DNA of 60,928 nt, filler included, from Squatina squatina (taxonomy: Eukaryota), in NCBI GenBank assembly GCA_031763465.1. It is 3 parts of 3 records of this genome, joined end to end, with 100 filler letters (N's around TTAATTAATTAA, not from the genome) between each part and the next. Parts side by side here need not be neighbours in the genome. Positions count along the whole stretch, not along the records: positions 39,178 to 60,928 come from JARFOE010000013.1; 2 more parts are not named here. One strand, given 5' to 3'. The notes under the pieces are model-generated. The model did no database searches, was not told the origin of the DNA, and saw only the letters and a list, made by a program, of their open reading frames with translations. Position 1 is the first letter of the stretch. Each line of letters starts with the position of its first letter. Below, in pieces: positions 49,639 through 60,928 of this stretch. Position numbers and translations under genes: made by a program.

Positions 49639-50214
49639 NNNNNNNNNNNNNNNNNNNNNNNNNNNNNNNNNNNNNNNNNNNNNNNNNNNNNNNNNNNNNN
49701 NNNNNNNNNNNNNNNNNNNNNNNNNNNNNNNNNNNNNNCATATTTTCTAGGTGTGACACTGCTACGGAAAAATATTATACTGGCAGCATCAGCATGGGGG
49801 TTATGTTTCTAGCTGTGCTTGTTTTTGAATATGTTTAACCTTTTAGTGAGTGGAATATTAACACTGATCAGATAATCTTATTGCTCTTGTACATGTGGAC
49901 AGGTAACATGAGGTATTTTCAGAACAGTTTTGTATTTCACAGCCAGAGACAATCCAACATTAATTTTGACATTGCTGTGCAAACTTCAACCTAATGAAAT
50001 AGTAAATATAATGTGATGTATCTCATCACATCAAGGTGCCTCAACATTCTTCACACAATGAATTATTTTTGGAGTGAATTGACTGTTGTTAAACAGGCAT
50101 ATGCAACAGCCACTCTGTCAGCAATGTCCCACAAACAGAAATGGATAAATGGCCAGTTAATATTTATTAACCTTCTATGAACAGATAGTGCATGATACTC
50201 CATGATACCCCCTC

Positions 50215-50725
50215 TGTTGAAACTCTCATCCATGCCTTCATTACCTCCAGACTGGACTTTCCCAATGCCCCCCTTGCTGGCCTCCTGAACTACACAAACC
50301 CAAATGATCCAAAACTCCATTATCCACATTCTGAACCGCACTAAGTTTATCGCCACTATCCTTGCTGAACTACATTGGCTTCCCATCGTCCAACAGATCA
50401 AATTGAAAATCCTTGATCTCATGTACAAATTCCTTCATGCCTTCACACACCCTACCTCTGCAAACTTCTCTAGCCATCTGTCTCATCGCAGGCCTCGAGT
50501 CCTCTGACCCTGTGCATCCCTTCCTCCCTATTCCTTTTGTGGGAGAGTTTTCAGCCAAATTGGCCCTAATCTCTGGAATATTGTTCCTAACCCATTCCCC
50601 TGAAACTCTACTTTGTTTCCCATTTTCAAAGCATTCTTGTAAGTCTGCCGTAAAAGCTTGGCGGATGTTCGTTTTCTCCTTTGTGAAGCACCTCAAGATG
50701 GTTTTCTATGTTAAAGGTGGAAGTT
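50215..50725 (+). mobile_element. L2 LINE 3' portion, decayed
   Basis: ETLIHAFITSRLDFPNA; QMIQNS..ILAELHWLPIVQQIKLKIL..YK; tail tgtgaagcacctcaagatg..ttaaagg. Confidence 0.8.
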
Positions 50726-51250
50726 GTTTTTGTCATGTTGTTTGAGTGGGAGAGGTTGTAGAAATTTTCACACCCAGTGGACAGCTTTGCCCATTGGGAG
50801 CACGTCTCAGGAATTTGGGCATAGTGAGCAGTGGGCCTTGCAGAATTTTATATGCATTAAAATTAATGAATGGACATCTAGACAAACAATTGACATCTGA
50901 ACCCAAATTCTTGATATGCTCCGACTAGGCAAAGCCCCATGGCAGGAGTGTGAATTTGCAAAATTTACCCTTAAAACTCACGAACAGTAATGTGAGTTTT
51001 GCAAAGAAAGAAACAAAAGTGGCAGGAGATCGGGACAAGCTATGTGGAAATTCAGTGCGATGTTCCCTAGGCATACAGATGGTCACCACTGTCCTGAAAT
51101 TATCTTTCTGGCTGCTAAAAAGTGCCCAGCCTCAACACATGAGGGACAATTTTCTGACTTCACACTACCAGTAGAGAGTCTTGGCACACAGCAGCACATG
51201 TCAAAAATTTGGGTTTACACTATGCATATTTTTCTGACCATGTAAATGAA

Positions 51251-51968
51251 GGGGCCCGAAATTGCAATTGGAGGCTTCCTGCGTGTGGAGGCTTCCGATG
51301 GCAAAAAGAATTACATACTTACCTAAGGGTTCTCAATCCACACGACCTTGCGAGTTTGAGCCCCCCCAAGTGGGAGATTCGGAGCTGGGCTCTGTAGATT
51401 CCTGGGCACGTCGAACGAAGAGGCTGGAGAGGTCACTTGGGAGGCCCCAGCCAATCAGGTAGGTGTGTCTTTCATTGAAGTTTTGACAGTTCTCAGAGAT
51501 CTGTCAAACCTTCAGTGAAAGATGAAAAACAACATGAACACATCCCAAAACATTTTAAAAACGATTCTAACATTAAAATTTATTAAAAAGGAGATAAATA
51601 ACACAACTTTTTTTAAATTAAAAAAAAATATTTTAAAATAGTTAAAGCACCTCCATTTTTAAATTCGAGCCTACATTAATACACTTGACAACATCTCCAT
51701 TTCAAATTAAATTGATAAAAACTTATAAAGCATTTAGATTAAGATATAAAAGCACTTCTGTTTTTTTAAATCCATAAAAAACTTCTTACATTACACTTGC
51801 CAACAGCTCTGTTTCAAATTATAGTTGATAAAACTTAGATTAAGATATAAAAGCACCTCTGTTTTCATGTACATTCTTCTTCTCATACTTCTCCCAGAAT
51901 TAATCCTGTACGCCTGCTTCAATGAGCCTCAGGACTTTCAGACGTAGCTGCTGGCCTGCAGATGGGCA
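51251..51968 (+). mobile_element. Hairpin-rich repeat, possibly the end of a PIF/Harbinger-derived element
   Basis: Starts GGGGCCCGAAATT; homologous to 40068-40246 and (inverted) 2125-2232; hairpin at 51468-51522; direct repeat at 51681-51764 / 51793-51865. The Harbinger assignment is inference. Confidence 0.6.
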
Positions 51969-52069
51969 ANNNNNNNNNNNNNNNNNNNNNNNNNNNNNNN
52001 NNNNNNNNNNNNNNNNNNNNNNNNNNNNNNNNNNNNNNNNNNNNNNNNNNNNNNNNNNNNNNNNNNNNN

Positions 52070-52597
52070 TTCTGGGATAGGCTCTCGACCAATATCCACT
52101 ACAGGCCCACTGACTCCCACAGCTAGCTTGACTACATTTCCTCACACTCGGCCTCCTGAAAGGACTCTATCCCATTCTCCCAGTTTCTCCATCGCATTTA
52201 TTCTGATGATGCCACCTTCCATACTTTCAATGTCTTCCTTTTTTCCTCAACTGAGGATTCCCCTCCACTGTGGTTGATAGGGCCCATACTTCTGCTCTCA
52301 CCCCTTCTCCTCCCTCCCAGAACTGCGATAGAGTTCCCCTTGTCCTCACCTTCCATCCCTCCAGCCTCCACATTCAACGGATCATCCTCCGCCATTTCTG
52401 CCACCTCCAGCGTGATCCCACCAAACACACCTTCCCCATCCCTCTCAGCTTTCGGATGGGACCATTCTTTCCGCGACACCCTGGTCCACTCCAAGTAGAT
52501 GCAAACCCTGCCCTTTTTACCTCCTCCCCTCCTGCCATCCAGGGCCCCCAAACAGTCCTTCCAGGTGAGGGAGTGATTTACTTGTATTTCTTTCAAT
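52070..52597 (+). mobile_element. Penelope-like retroelement, RT C-terminus/linker
   Basis: GDRLSTNIHYRPTDSHS*LDYISSHSAS*KDSIPFSQF; DRVPLVLTFHPSSLHIQRIILRHF; LSAF..DHSFRDTLVHS. Confidence 0.88.
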
Positions 52598-55119
52598 NNN
52601 NNNNNNNNNNNNNNNNNNNNNNNNNNNNNNNNNNNNNNNNNNNNNNNNNNNNNNNNNNNNNNNNNNNNNNNNNNNNNNNNNNNNNNNNNNNNNNNNNAAA
52701 GAAGAGGCATAGGTAGTGAAAGAGAGAGGGCAGGGTGGGGGGAGAACAAATTAGTCTTTTTCATGTAGTTACTTCAATTTTCAAGAAAAAACAGTTAACT
52801 TTTGAAGCCAACTAATGATCCACTTCTGCTTTGATGACAGTTTGAAAAGGTTACAACTGTAAGGCAGAAATTTTAATTTCTAACATCAATACATCAATAA
52901 GACAAAGGGAGAGGAACAGAGACAGATACAGAGAGGACACAAATAGGGAAAAGAGCACACAGGCATTTCTTTCCTCATTCTAATTTGATTTCTTAAAAAA
53001 AACAAGTTGAAAGAATTTAATTTGTCAGCAGCACATTATAATCGCTGGGCCTCATTAACATCCTACCGGCCAACTTCCTGCCTGTACCAGCTACCTGCTT
53101 GTGGAAATTTCATTGGCCTTTGATCATCTGCCAGCACTCAAGTAAGCATGGGTTTCTGGGGTGGAGGGGTCTTGACTTAGGTGGGGTGGGCGTCTGTGGC
53201 AGGGGAAGTCTAAACTTTCCTTGAGGGGCCTGGAGAAGTATTCCTGCTCCTCTTGGCCCCACGAAATAAAGCATGGAAATTTATCTTGAAGGGCCTCTCT
53301 GTTTCTGATCCTCTTCTGACTATAGTTCACCTGGCTTGTAAAGCTGTAGTGGTTTGCTTGCTCAAGTCAGAGTTAAAATAGCAGTCAGGGCTCAATAGCT
53401 TCAAAATTAATGAAGGACCTTGCCGGCTTCAGGTGGCTGCTTTTGCCGCCTGCTCAGAAGAGCAGGTTAAGTTCGAAGACAATGGGATCCAGGTGGGACA
53501 TCAGCAGGTAAATCACCTGGTCGATTTCCGCTGGGTGAGTAGGGTTCAAATCGTCCCCACTGGATTTTAAAAGCAAACAAAGCCTCTTTGAGGGAAATAG
53601 ATAAAAAGGTTGGGGAAGAGGGAAACTGATTGAGTGTGAAAAGGTCTATAAGGTGTCGTATATACACGCGTTGTCATTCATTAGTGACAATATTTCACTG
53701 TAACAAAAGGAAATACAGCTGAAGATGAATAGTTCAACAACCATTAGATTACAGAATTGCTTTAGTTAAAGGATTTCTTACAGTAATTGAATTGCTTGGA
53801 TTATATTTTAGATTTGTGGTGGATGTACACACACACTCAGTGATTATTGTGTGAATTATTGATGCAGTATAGGAAGAGCACTTACTCTGATGAAAACATT
53901 ATACTGATGATAATATTTTAACTCAATAATCTCTACTGTTAAAAATGTAAAGCAGTAGTAAGTTTTCTGCCTGGATTCGCTCGGTGACAACTTAACAGCC
54001 TTATATGATTACATATTTTCCAATCCTTGCTATGCTAGATGCACAATCTACACAGTTAACACAGTAAAATGTTGACACAGATTGTGCACAGCTGGTTGTG
54101 ACACTAATCTTTTAGTACCGCCCATCATCTCTTTCTGTGAGCTTGAATTCAACTCAGTGAAATTTGGTGATTTTGTTCAACAAGCTGGTATTAAGGATTA
54201 TGGCCTATACTCCGGCAGTCTTACAAATAGGAACAGAAAATCATAAAATACCTCAATTAGACATTCTTATTTACTGTATGAGAGACCTTGAATTGAGAAT
54301 AACTGAAATGAAGTCTTGTTGGTATAGTAAGGAAGTTTATTTTGAAAATGTTTCTTTTGTATTTTACAATTTTTTTTTCAAACTGGTAAAACCATCTTTC
54401 AGAACTTTCTATTAGAAACTGCATTACATTTGTGTCCATTACAATTCAATTACTGTAGGGAATCCTTCAGTGTCTGTTGAATTTGTGACCTTTAAATCTT
54501 CCCTACTTATTAATCAATTCCTGTAATTCATTGTATTGTATGAGACCTCCACAGCTTCTTTCAAAAACAAACAAAATGTAGCTTAGTACATGAGACAAGA
54601 ACTGATCAAAGCTCAGATTATGTTACTCAGTACATTCGATCTATAATGTTCACCTGACTTGTGTTCCTGAAACAATCTGGAACGGAGCTCACTTCTGATG
54701 ACCATGACACAAACAACACATAATCTAGAATTACTTGGTGCTGCCCCNNNNNNNNNNNNNNNNNNNNNNNNNNNNNNNNNNNNNNNNNNNNNNNNNNNNN
54801 NNNNNNNNNNNNNNNNNNNNNNNNNNNNNNNNNNNNNNNNNNNNNNNCGGCCGCCAGAGCAACACCCGCGCCTTTAAAGGCCCCTGGCAACAAGAGGGGA
54901 AACCTGTTATTGCTGACACCAGTGGCATCCCGGGGCGGGCCGTCTCCAGTACCGGTGCGTGACATTGGCCCCTGTGCCACCTGCAGCGGTGCATCTACGG
55001 TGTCTGCGATATTGGCCCAATTCGGCAATTTTAATTTTTAGGCTTCTACACTGATTTCACGCCTAGATAGCGCCGCTAGTCGGCGCAATCCAGGCGTGAG
55101 TTCAGACGAATTGGGGACG

Positions 55120-55250
55120 CCTCATCTTTGACGTTGAAGTCCTCTCTCAGTGTTGTGCTGATGTGCCAGCCTAGATGATGGGCACAAATCCTGGAGTGCA
55201 GCTTGAACCCATGCGTTCTAACGCAAGAGTGCTGCACCTGAGCCAAGGAC
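55120..55250 (-). mobile_element. Deu-SINE tRNA-head remnant
   Basis: Homologous to 26070-26230 (cctc.cag..tgtgccagcctagat..cttgaaccca..agagtgctgc.ctgagcca). Confidence 0.6.
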
Positions 55251-57788
55251 ATGGAATGGGGGAGGGAAAGAGGGGAACCAGTAAGATTTCCCCGTAAAGC
55301 TACTTATATCACAGGATTGGGTGCTGCCTGGGAAGCTGTTTCTTAAATGCCATTCCAGTGGAATATTCAAATATTAGCAACATTGATGCTCAAAATATTT
55401 GCATGAGATGCAGTGGCAAATGGATAAAATGAGTAATAGACGGAGGCACTGCTTAATTCTGTGCTCTTCCTTCAGTTATAGTTCATTGCTCTGAGTAACT
55501 GAAAATATCTAAATGGAGACTTTTGGGAAATGAAACCAGATTGATTTTTTTTTGAAGCAAAAAACGAGATCCACTTGGGTTAAACATAAAAGTAGCTGAA
55601 TCTGAGGGAATTCGACCTGAATGTGGGCGAGTTTGACATAAATATGAGTGAGCTTGACCTGACTCACTCGAATGTGGGTATTTTTTTAGGAGAATGCGGG
55701 TGGATTTGTTCTGAAGGTGAGCGAGGGCTGCCTGCCTGGAGTGAGCTCAGCCAGTGCAGGTTAACCCTGCCCGCTCTCGCTGCTCATTCCAGCGGCGTGC
55801 CACGTGTGCTGACACCGCTGCAGCAACACGCATGCGCCTAATGTATCTCTTTTCGTCCCAAATGACAGGCTCCAGGAGGAAGAGGCGGGATGGGACCGTT
55901 TAATGAGCATTACAAGGTAATGTCGCTTTATCATGCCCCCTAATTTGAGGAGAGGAGGGTGGCAAGGGGTTGATGATGCCTGGGTTGACTAAATGCAAAG
56001 TGGGGTTCAATTCTATGTTAAAAAAAGAAGGCGATTGGACAAATTCTGGGCATTTGATACCTGATGGTTGCAATTTTTGGCCAACTCATGATATTGATGA
56101 CAACGCGCGGGTGAGAAGGTCACTTAAGTTTGTGGGGCAGATGACTTGTTTTTTTTGGCAGTGATCGTGTTGGGTTGCGCAACCAGTGAGGTCATGAAAC
56201 AGCGGCTTCTCCAGGCTTTCGCGATTCAATCGCCCGGAGGCGGGGGGTGGGGGGGCCGGAAGGTTGGAGTCGGGAGTGAGGTCAGAGATCTCAGGAACGG
56301 GAGCGGCGGTGATTCTGGTAAGTGCATATTTTTTTAAATTCCAGGCTGTTTANNNNNNNNNNGCGAGCACAAGTAGTGCTGTGGCTCTTTCGGCACCGCG
56401 CAGGATTGAGCCTTTCTAGATTCCCGCAATGTCTGCCAGGGAAACTGACAGCAGCAGCCACTGCTGCAAATACAGCTAGCTGGCATTCCGGCACAAACGC
56501 CGCCAGAATGGAACAGGTATGATGCCCTTAGAAAACGGTTTTTGTTCGAGGGTGGGATGGCATTTGCTGCGATACTGGGGCTAAATCAATAACCGACACG
56601 CTTTCNNNNNNNNNNNNNNNNNNNNNNNNNNNNNNNNNNNNNNNNNNNNNNNNNNNNNNNNNNNNNNNNNNNNNNNNNNNNNNNNNNNNNNNNNNNNNNN
56701 NNNNNTCAATTTAAATGCTGCATTTGCACACTACAAAGAGATTTTCCCAAACATTATTTTGATATTTGTATTCGTGATGCCATTGAGTAAAGAACAAAAT
56801 TAGTGTTTCATACTTCAAAATGGGTCTTGACTTTAAAGCTGCAAACCTAACATCTGAAATACAGTAATAATACACCAGTAGATGAATAATTTATTGTCTC
56901 TTTACTCATATTCATAGCCTTTCTAACATAGTTCTCCCTGTAGGATATAGATTTTAAAACTGCAGTCCATGGACTTCAGGGGGTCTCTGGAGATATCAGA
57001 ATCTGGTTTTTTTTTGTATTTGTTAGCCTTGCACATTATTTTTGTTGTTACGTGCCAATAAAACCAGTTTCCTGCAGTGACTATGTTGCCTTTTTCAGTA
57101 GTTAATTGTCTTTTGGAAAGTAGAACAGGGATTCCTGTGTGGTGTGCTAATGTTTCTAGAAATCATCACACAGAAAAGTTGGAACGGTAATGTCCTCGAT
57201 TTTCACAGGAAGATGGGAAGGGTGTGAGGGAGCGGCAAGGCCGGATACAGCTGGGCCTCATTTAAGTAAAACTCTGCAGAGTCCTGCCTGTCACCCGGAC
57301 AGATTGACTGCATGGCCGGCGGATAGGAGCGGGAATTTGCGGCAGGAGGCCACAGCCGGGGACCCGTGGGAATGGTCCATGGCAATTAGTGGGTGGGGAT
57401 GCTGGAGGCTCTAGCAAAGATCGGAAGCACTCCTGCTTCTCCTGGCCCAAAAGGAAACCTAAAATAAAACTTTTACAATTACCTTCTGGGCCTCTTCTGG
57501 CCCAGGATACAGCTCCCGGCAGGTTTGTCTGTTGGGGGAGCTGGCACTGCCCCCCACTCCCACTCAGGCTTCAAGTTAAAATTAAAGATTGGATCCTGAT
57601 GACATCATCNNNNNNNNNNTAAAGTTTATCACCTTGTCCTCCTTTATCCTTCATTTAACCACTGTTTGATATATTCTGCTAGAATTTGAATCTAGAGCTT
57701 TGGAAAGTCTAAAAATTGTGCTTAACCTACATCTAGCATGCTAGAAAAGTATGTCATCATCATTTTCTTTTTTGCCCATGTTGAGCAG

Positions 57789-57986
57789 ATGACACAGGAT
57801 GTCCCAGCAGCCAGTCGGTGTCTCCGGTTAAATCCCCTTCAAAGTCCGCCAATAGTCTATTAACATTTCCTACAGTGAATGAGGAAGAAGAAAGTGGAAG
57901 GAAACTGAAACCTGGAACTGTAACTGAGTGGAACATTCAGCACATCAGACACAAGAGGGAGCAAAAGTCATGTCTGGTGCAGCCAG
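57789..57986 (+). CDS. SYBU: Syntabulin internal exon, 198 bp
   Basis: gagcag|ATGAC...CAGCCAG|gtaagg, phase 1-1; (D)DTGCPSSQSVSPVKSPSKSANS..KREQKSCLVQP(G) versus remembered human DDTGCPSSQSVSPVKTPS..KKESKSGLVKPG; KCNV1 lies upstream on the same strand. Confidence 0.88.
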
Positions 57987-60587
57987 GTAAGGAACTATTA
58001 TTTAAATTCGTTGATAAAATTTAAACAATAATAGGATATATCTTAACAGCTGTGATGTCCCTAACTTGAGCGTTGCAGGGAATATAAAACTACTTTCTGT
58101 ATTATGTGCTATTCTCTAGCTTTATGACTGTCATGGTGGTTTTGTAAACCTGAATGCTTGGCGTAATAAATCTAGAGCTCCATTGTATGTTGATTATTTG
58201 TGAAAAGGATACAATAATATGGAATAGTATGATGAACAATGTCAAATCTGATTATGATAATTACAAACCATAATGATCATTGTTTAATCATTTACTGAAA
58301 TTAGAAAGATTTGATATGGCTGATTAAATAATTATTTCCTTTTAGGGGATCTTGTACAATGGCATAATCTTGATCACATTATTTGAGAGCATGGCATGGA
58401 ATACAGTTTTCAGGCCTGAGGCAGTACTGCAGCATGGGAGGGAATGTTTTTAGACTGGAGGCTGTTTAAGAACAGTATCTGGGAGCGAGGCATGGGAGTT
58501 GTAGCTTTCAGGTTGCAGACTGCCAGCTACAATAATGATGTAGTTGAAAGAATTTAATTGGGCAGATATTGCAGAATCTGAATACAATACGAATTTACTT
58601 GACAGGGCCCTCCTTTGTGAATTGCTCTCTGACGCTGCATAGTAGAGGGCAGCGTAATGGCCCATGGATCCCAGGGATGCAGCGTGTGTGGAAGCATACC
58701 TGTGATCATGTGGGCCGAATGCTCCAATCAGTACACTGAAGGGAAAGTGTCTATCTCCAATACTGGTAACTTTGATTATATTGCATTTCACCTGATGTAT
58801 TTTCAGAATAATTATAAGGACTAGGAGAATAAATAGTTCCAGAATGACGATCTCGCTCACTCTCTCACACAAAGACCCACTTAAANNNNNNNNNNNNNNN
58901 NNNNNNNNNNNNNNNNNNNNNNNNNNNNNNNNNNNNNNNNNNNNNNNNNNNNNNNNNNNNNNNNNNNNNNNNNNNNNNNNNNNNNTCATTATTTAAGAAT
59001 AGGTTAGGAAGGTGTTTGTAGGAAAAAGGGAACAGGGTAGGCCCATGAAATTGAGACTACATGTCATATGGAGGATATACACCAACACAGGCTGTAATGC
59101 AATGTACTCTATAGTTCTGTGTCTTTACGATTCAGCTATATACTGTATAAATGCCCACTGAACTATTGGAAGAGCCTTGAGTTGCTAATGCTTAAACCAG
59201 AACTCCATGTTTATCGCAGAAACACAATATATGCTGTAAGTCTCAAATTCTGTACCTTAAAAATAGTCTTGAGAAGCAAAACAGCAATGCTTCTCACACC
59301 ACTTTTCCTGTGGAATTCTCAGTAAGGTCACGTGGACACTCAGAACTCAACCCATTAAATGCAGGAAATTAAATGCTGAGTTGGACAGATATTTCTCTGG
59401 TGTCAGGCAACCACTGGAGTCAAATTGTGAGATGTTTGTTTTAATTGGAGTTACCTCCACCTGTATCCTATTGTGATGCCACCTAGTATACAATTAATAA
59501 AAGCAGTGAGCAAATATTCTGCTTCTAGAGTCTCCTTTGTATATTTGTTTTCACATAATTGCTCCATTTTAAAATTCACCAGATGCTGTCAATGATCATC
59601 TCCTCCAGTCAGGAGAGGTTAGGATGTTGTGGCTCAGTAACTTTTGCGTAGTCATTGTCAATGCCATTGTATAATCTTCAGAAATGAGTCATAATTCAAA
59701 CAAAAGATACTTTGTTGAATCCGATCATTTCAAAACTCAACCACTAACTTTTCCTGGAAAGTATTTTGATCAACCAATGCAACAACTCATGTTACACGAA
59801 GTTAACATATTAATTCCATGCCTCATTTACTGGGTAGAATTATGCTGATACAGACAAAACAAGGGTACACATTGTAACATCTGTTCTGTGATGTACTAAC
59901 AAGGAAAATCATTATCATTGGTGCTGTTGGTACCAGGATGTAATGTCCAACCCACCCAGACTGAGCTCAGTGAACTCGGACGGGGTGAACTGGAACAGAT
60001 TGCAGATTGTTTTTAATCTGTTTGGATTGGTTGTAGATTTTATTAGAAACAGCCAGTTTTCACTGTTCACCAGATATAAATCTGAATGACTGTTAAGTAT
60101 AAATTTGAAGCTAAGTCAAGTTTTCACTAGGATCGTGTGAATTGCTTTGTTTGCAGTTAGGAGATTGTATTGCATTATCACATAAATGTTCATTTTGCCC
60201 TGGTTTGGATTCTTTATACCTTTTTTTGCAGATGATTCCACAACACAGCTGTTTCTTATTTGCTTGTTGGAATGGGACTTCAAAATAAGCTGCCTTTAGT
60301 CTTGCCATCTGCAATTACTTTTCATTTGTAGAATTGTTTTCGTGTGCGTTTTTTATTGGCTTCCACCATTGCTGCCAGTATTCTTTTGGCTATATACAAG
60401 CTGCTTTTATGTTGATACTTTATCATTCGGATTCCAGGTGACCATGTCCATAAACCGACATCTGACATTTACATTATTAAATCTGGCTGCTTCATCCCTG
60501 GGACAAATTTATAGACAATATTTTTTTTGTGGGTTTATGTGTCTGCCTCCGGGATAAGAGAGTGTAAATGTCAGCAATTGGTTCACA

Positions 60588-60928
60588 GCCTTCTCAGGCA
60601 GTCCCCCGGGTTCGAGGATGACTTGCGTCCACTCCGGAGTTGTGGGTTCTGAGGTGGCTGAAAAGTCTGATACAGGAACCGCAAACTCGACCACAGGTGG
60701 GGCAGGTGGTATTTGGTGAGGCGAGAGGGTGGGTTGCTCGGGTGTCTGCGTGCGCCTTCCGCTGCCTGCGCTTGGCCTCCACGTGCTCCTGCTGGCGAAG
60801 CTCGAAGTGGTTGGCGCCTCCACGGATGCTTCTCCAGTTCGGGCGGTCTTGAGCCATTCATTCCCATGAGTCGGTGGGGATGTTGCATTTTTTCAGTGAG
60901 GCTTTGAGGACGTCTTTGTAGCGTTTCC
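60588..60928 (-). mobile_element. RTE-clade LINE 3' end
   Basis: KRYKDVLKASLKKCNIP..AQDRPNWR..TCPTCGRVCGSCIRLFSHLRTH; homologous to 14565-14905. Confidence 0.92.

Noticed and set aside
58450-58885. 179-aa minus-strand ORF with a hydrophobic stretch
   Set aside because: No recognisable domain, no start codon on the same contig, antisense to SYBU; consistent with a chance ORF.

Overview
Fragmented vertebrate genomic sequence, almost certainly from a cartilaginous fish (shark-type Deu-domain SINEs plus CR1, L2, RTE, Tx1, Penelope and Harbinger relics). It is not one locus. Two artificial six-frame-stop linkers (TTAATTAATTAA inside 100-nt N blocks, at 18383 and 39122) join three separate scaffolds, each built from ~1-2 kb contigs separated by arbitrary N gaps. 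Block 1 (1-18338) holds three RSBN1 exons (- strand) and the AMIGO1 coding exon (+). Block 2 (18439-39077) holds three exons of a CNTNAP3/4/5-type gene (-) and two MRAS exons (+). Block 3 (39178-60928) holds a DOCK2-like exon, the first coding exon of KCNV1 and a SYBU exon (all +). Most of the rest is decayed transposon DNA. I found no convincing new biological system. The best leads are: a two-exon RSBN1 cassette tightly bracketed by inverted CR1 ends (circRNA/dsRNA architecture); possible CNTNAP and DOCK2 paralogues in neighbourhoods that lack them in mammals; and a repeat family whose hairpin shows compensatory substitutions. Gene calls rest on manual translation compared with remembered vertebrate protein sequences; no database search was run. 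Repeat boundaries are approximate.
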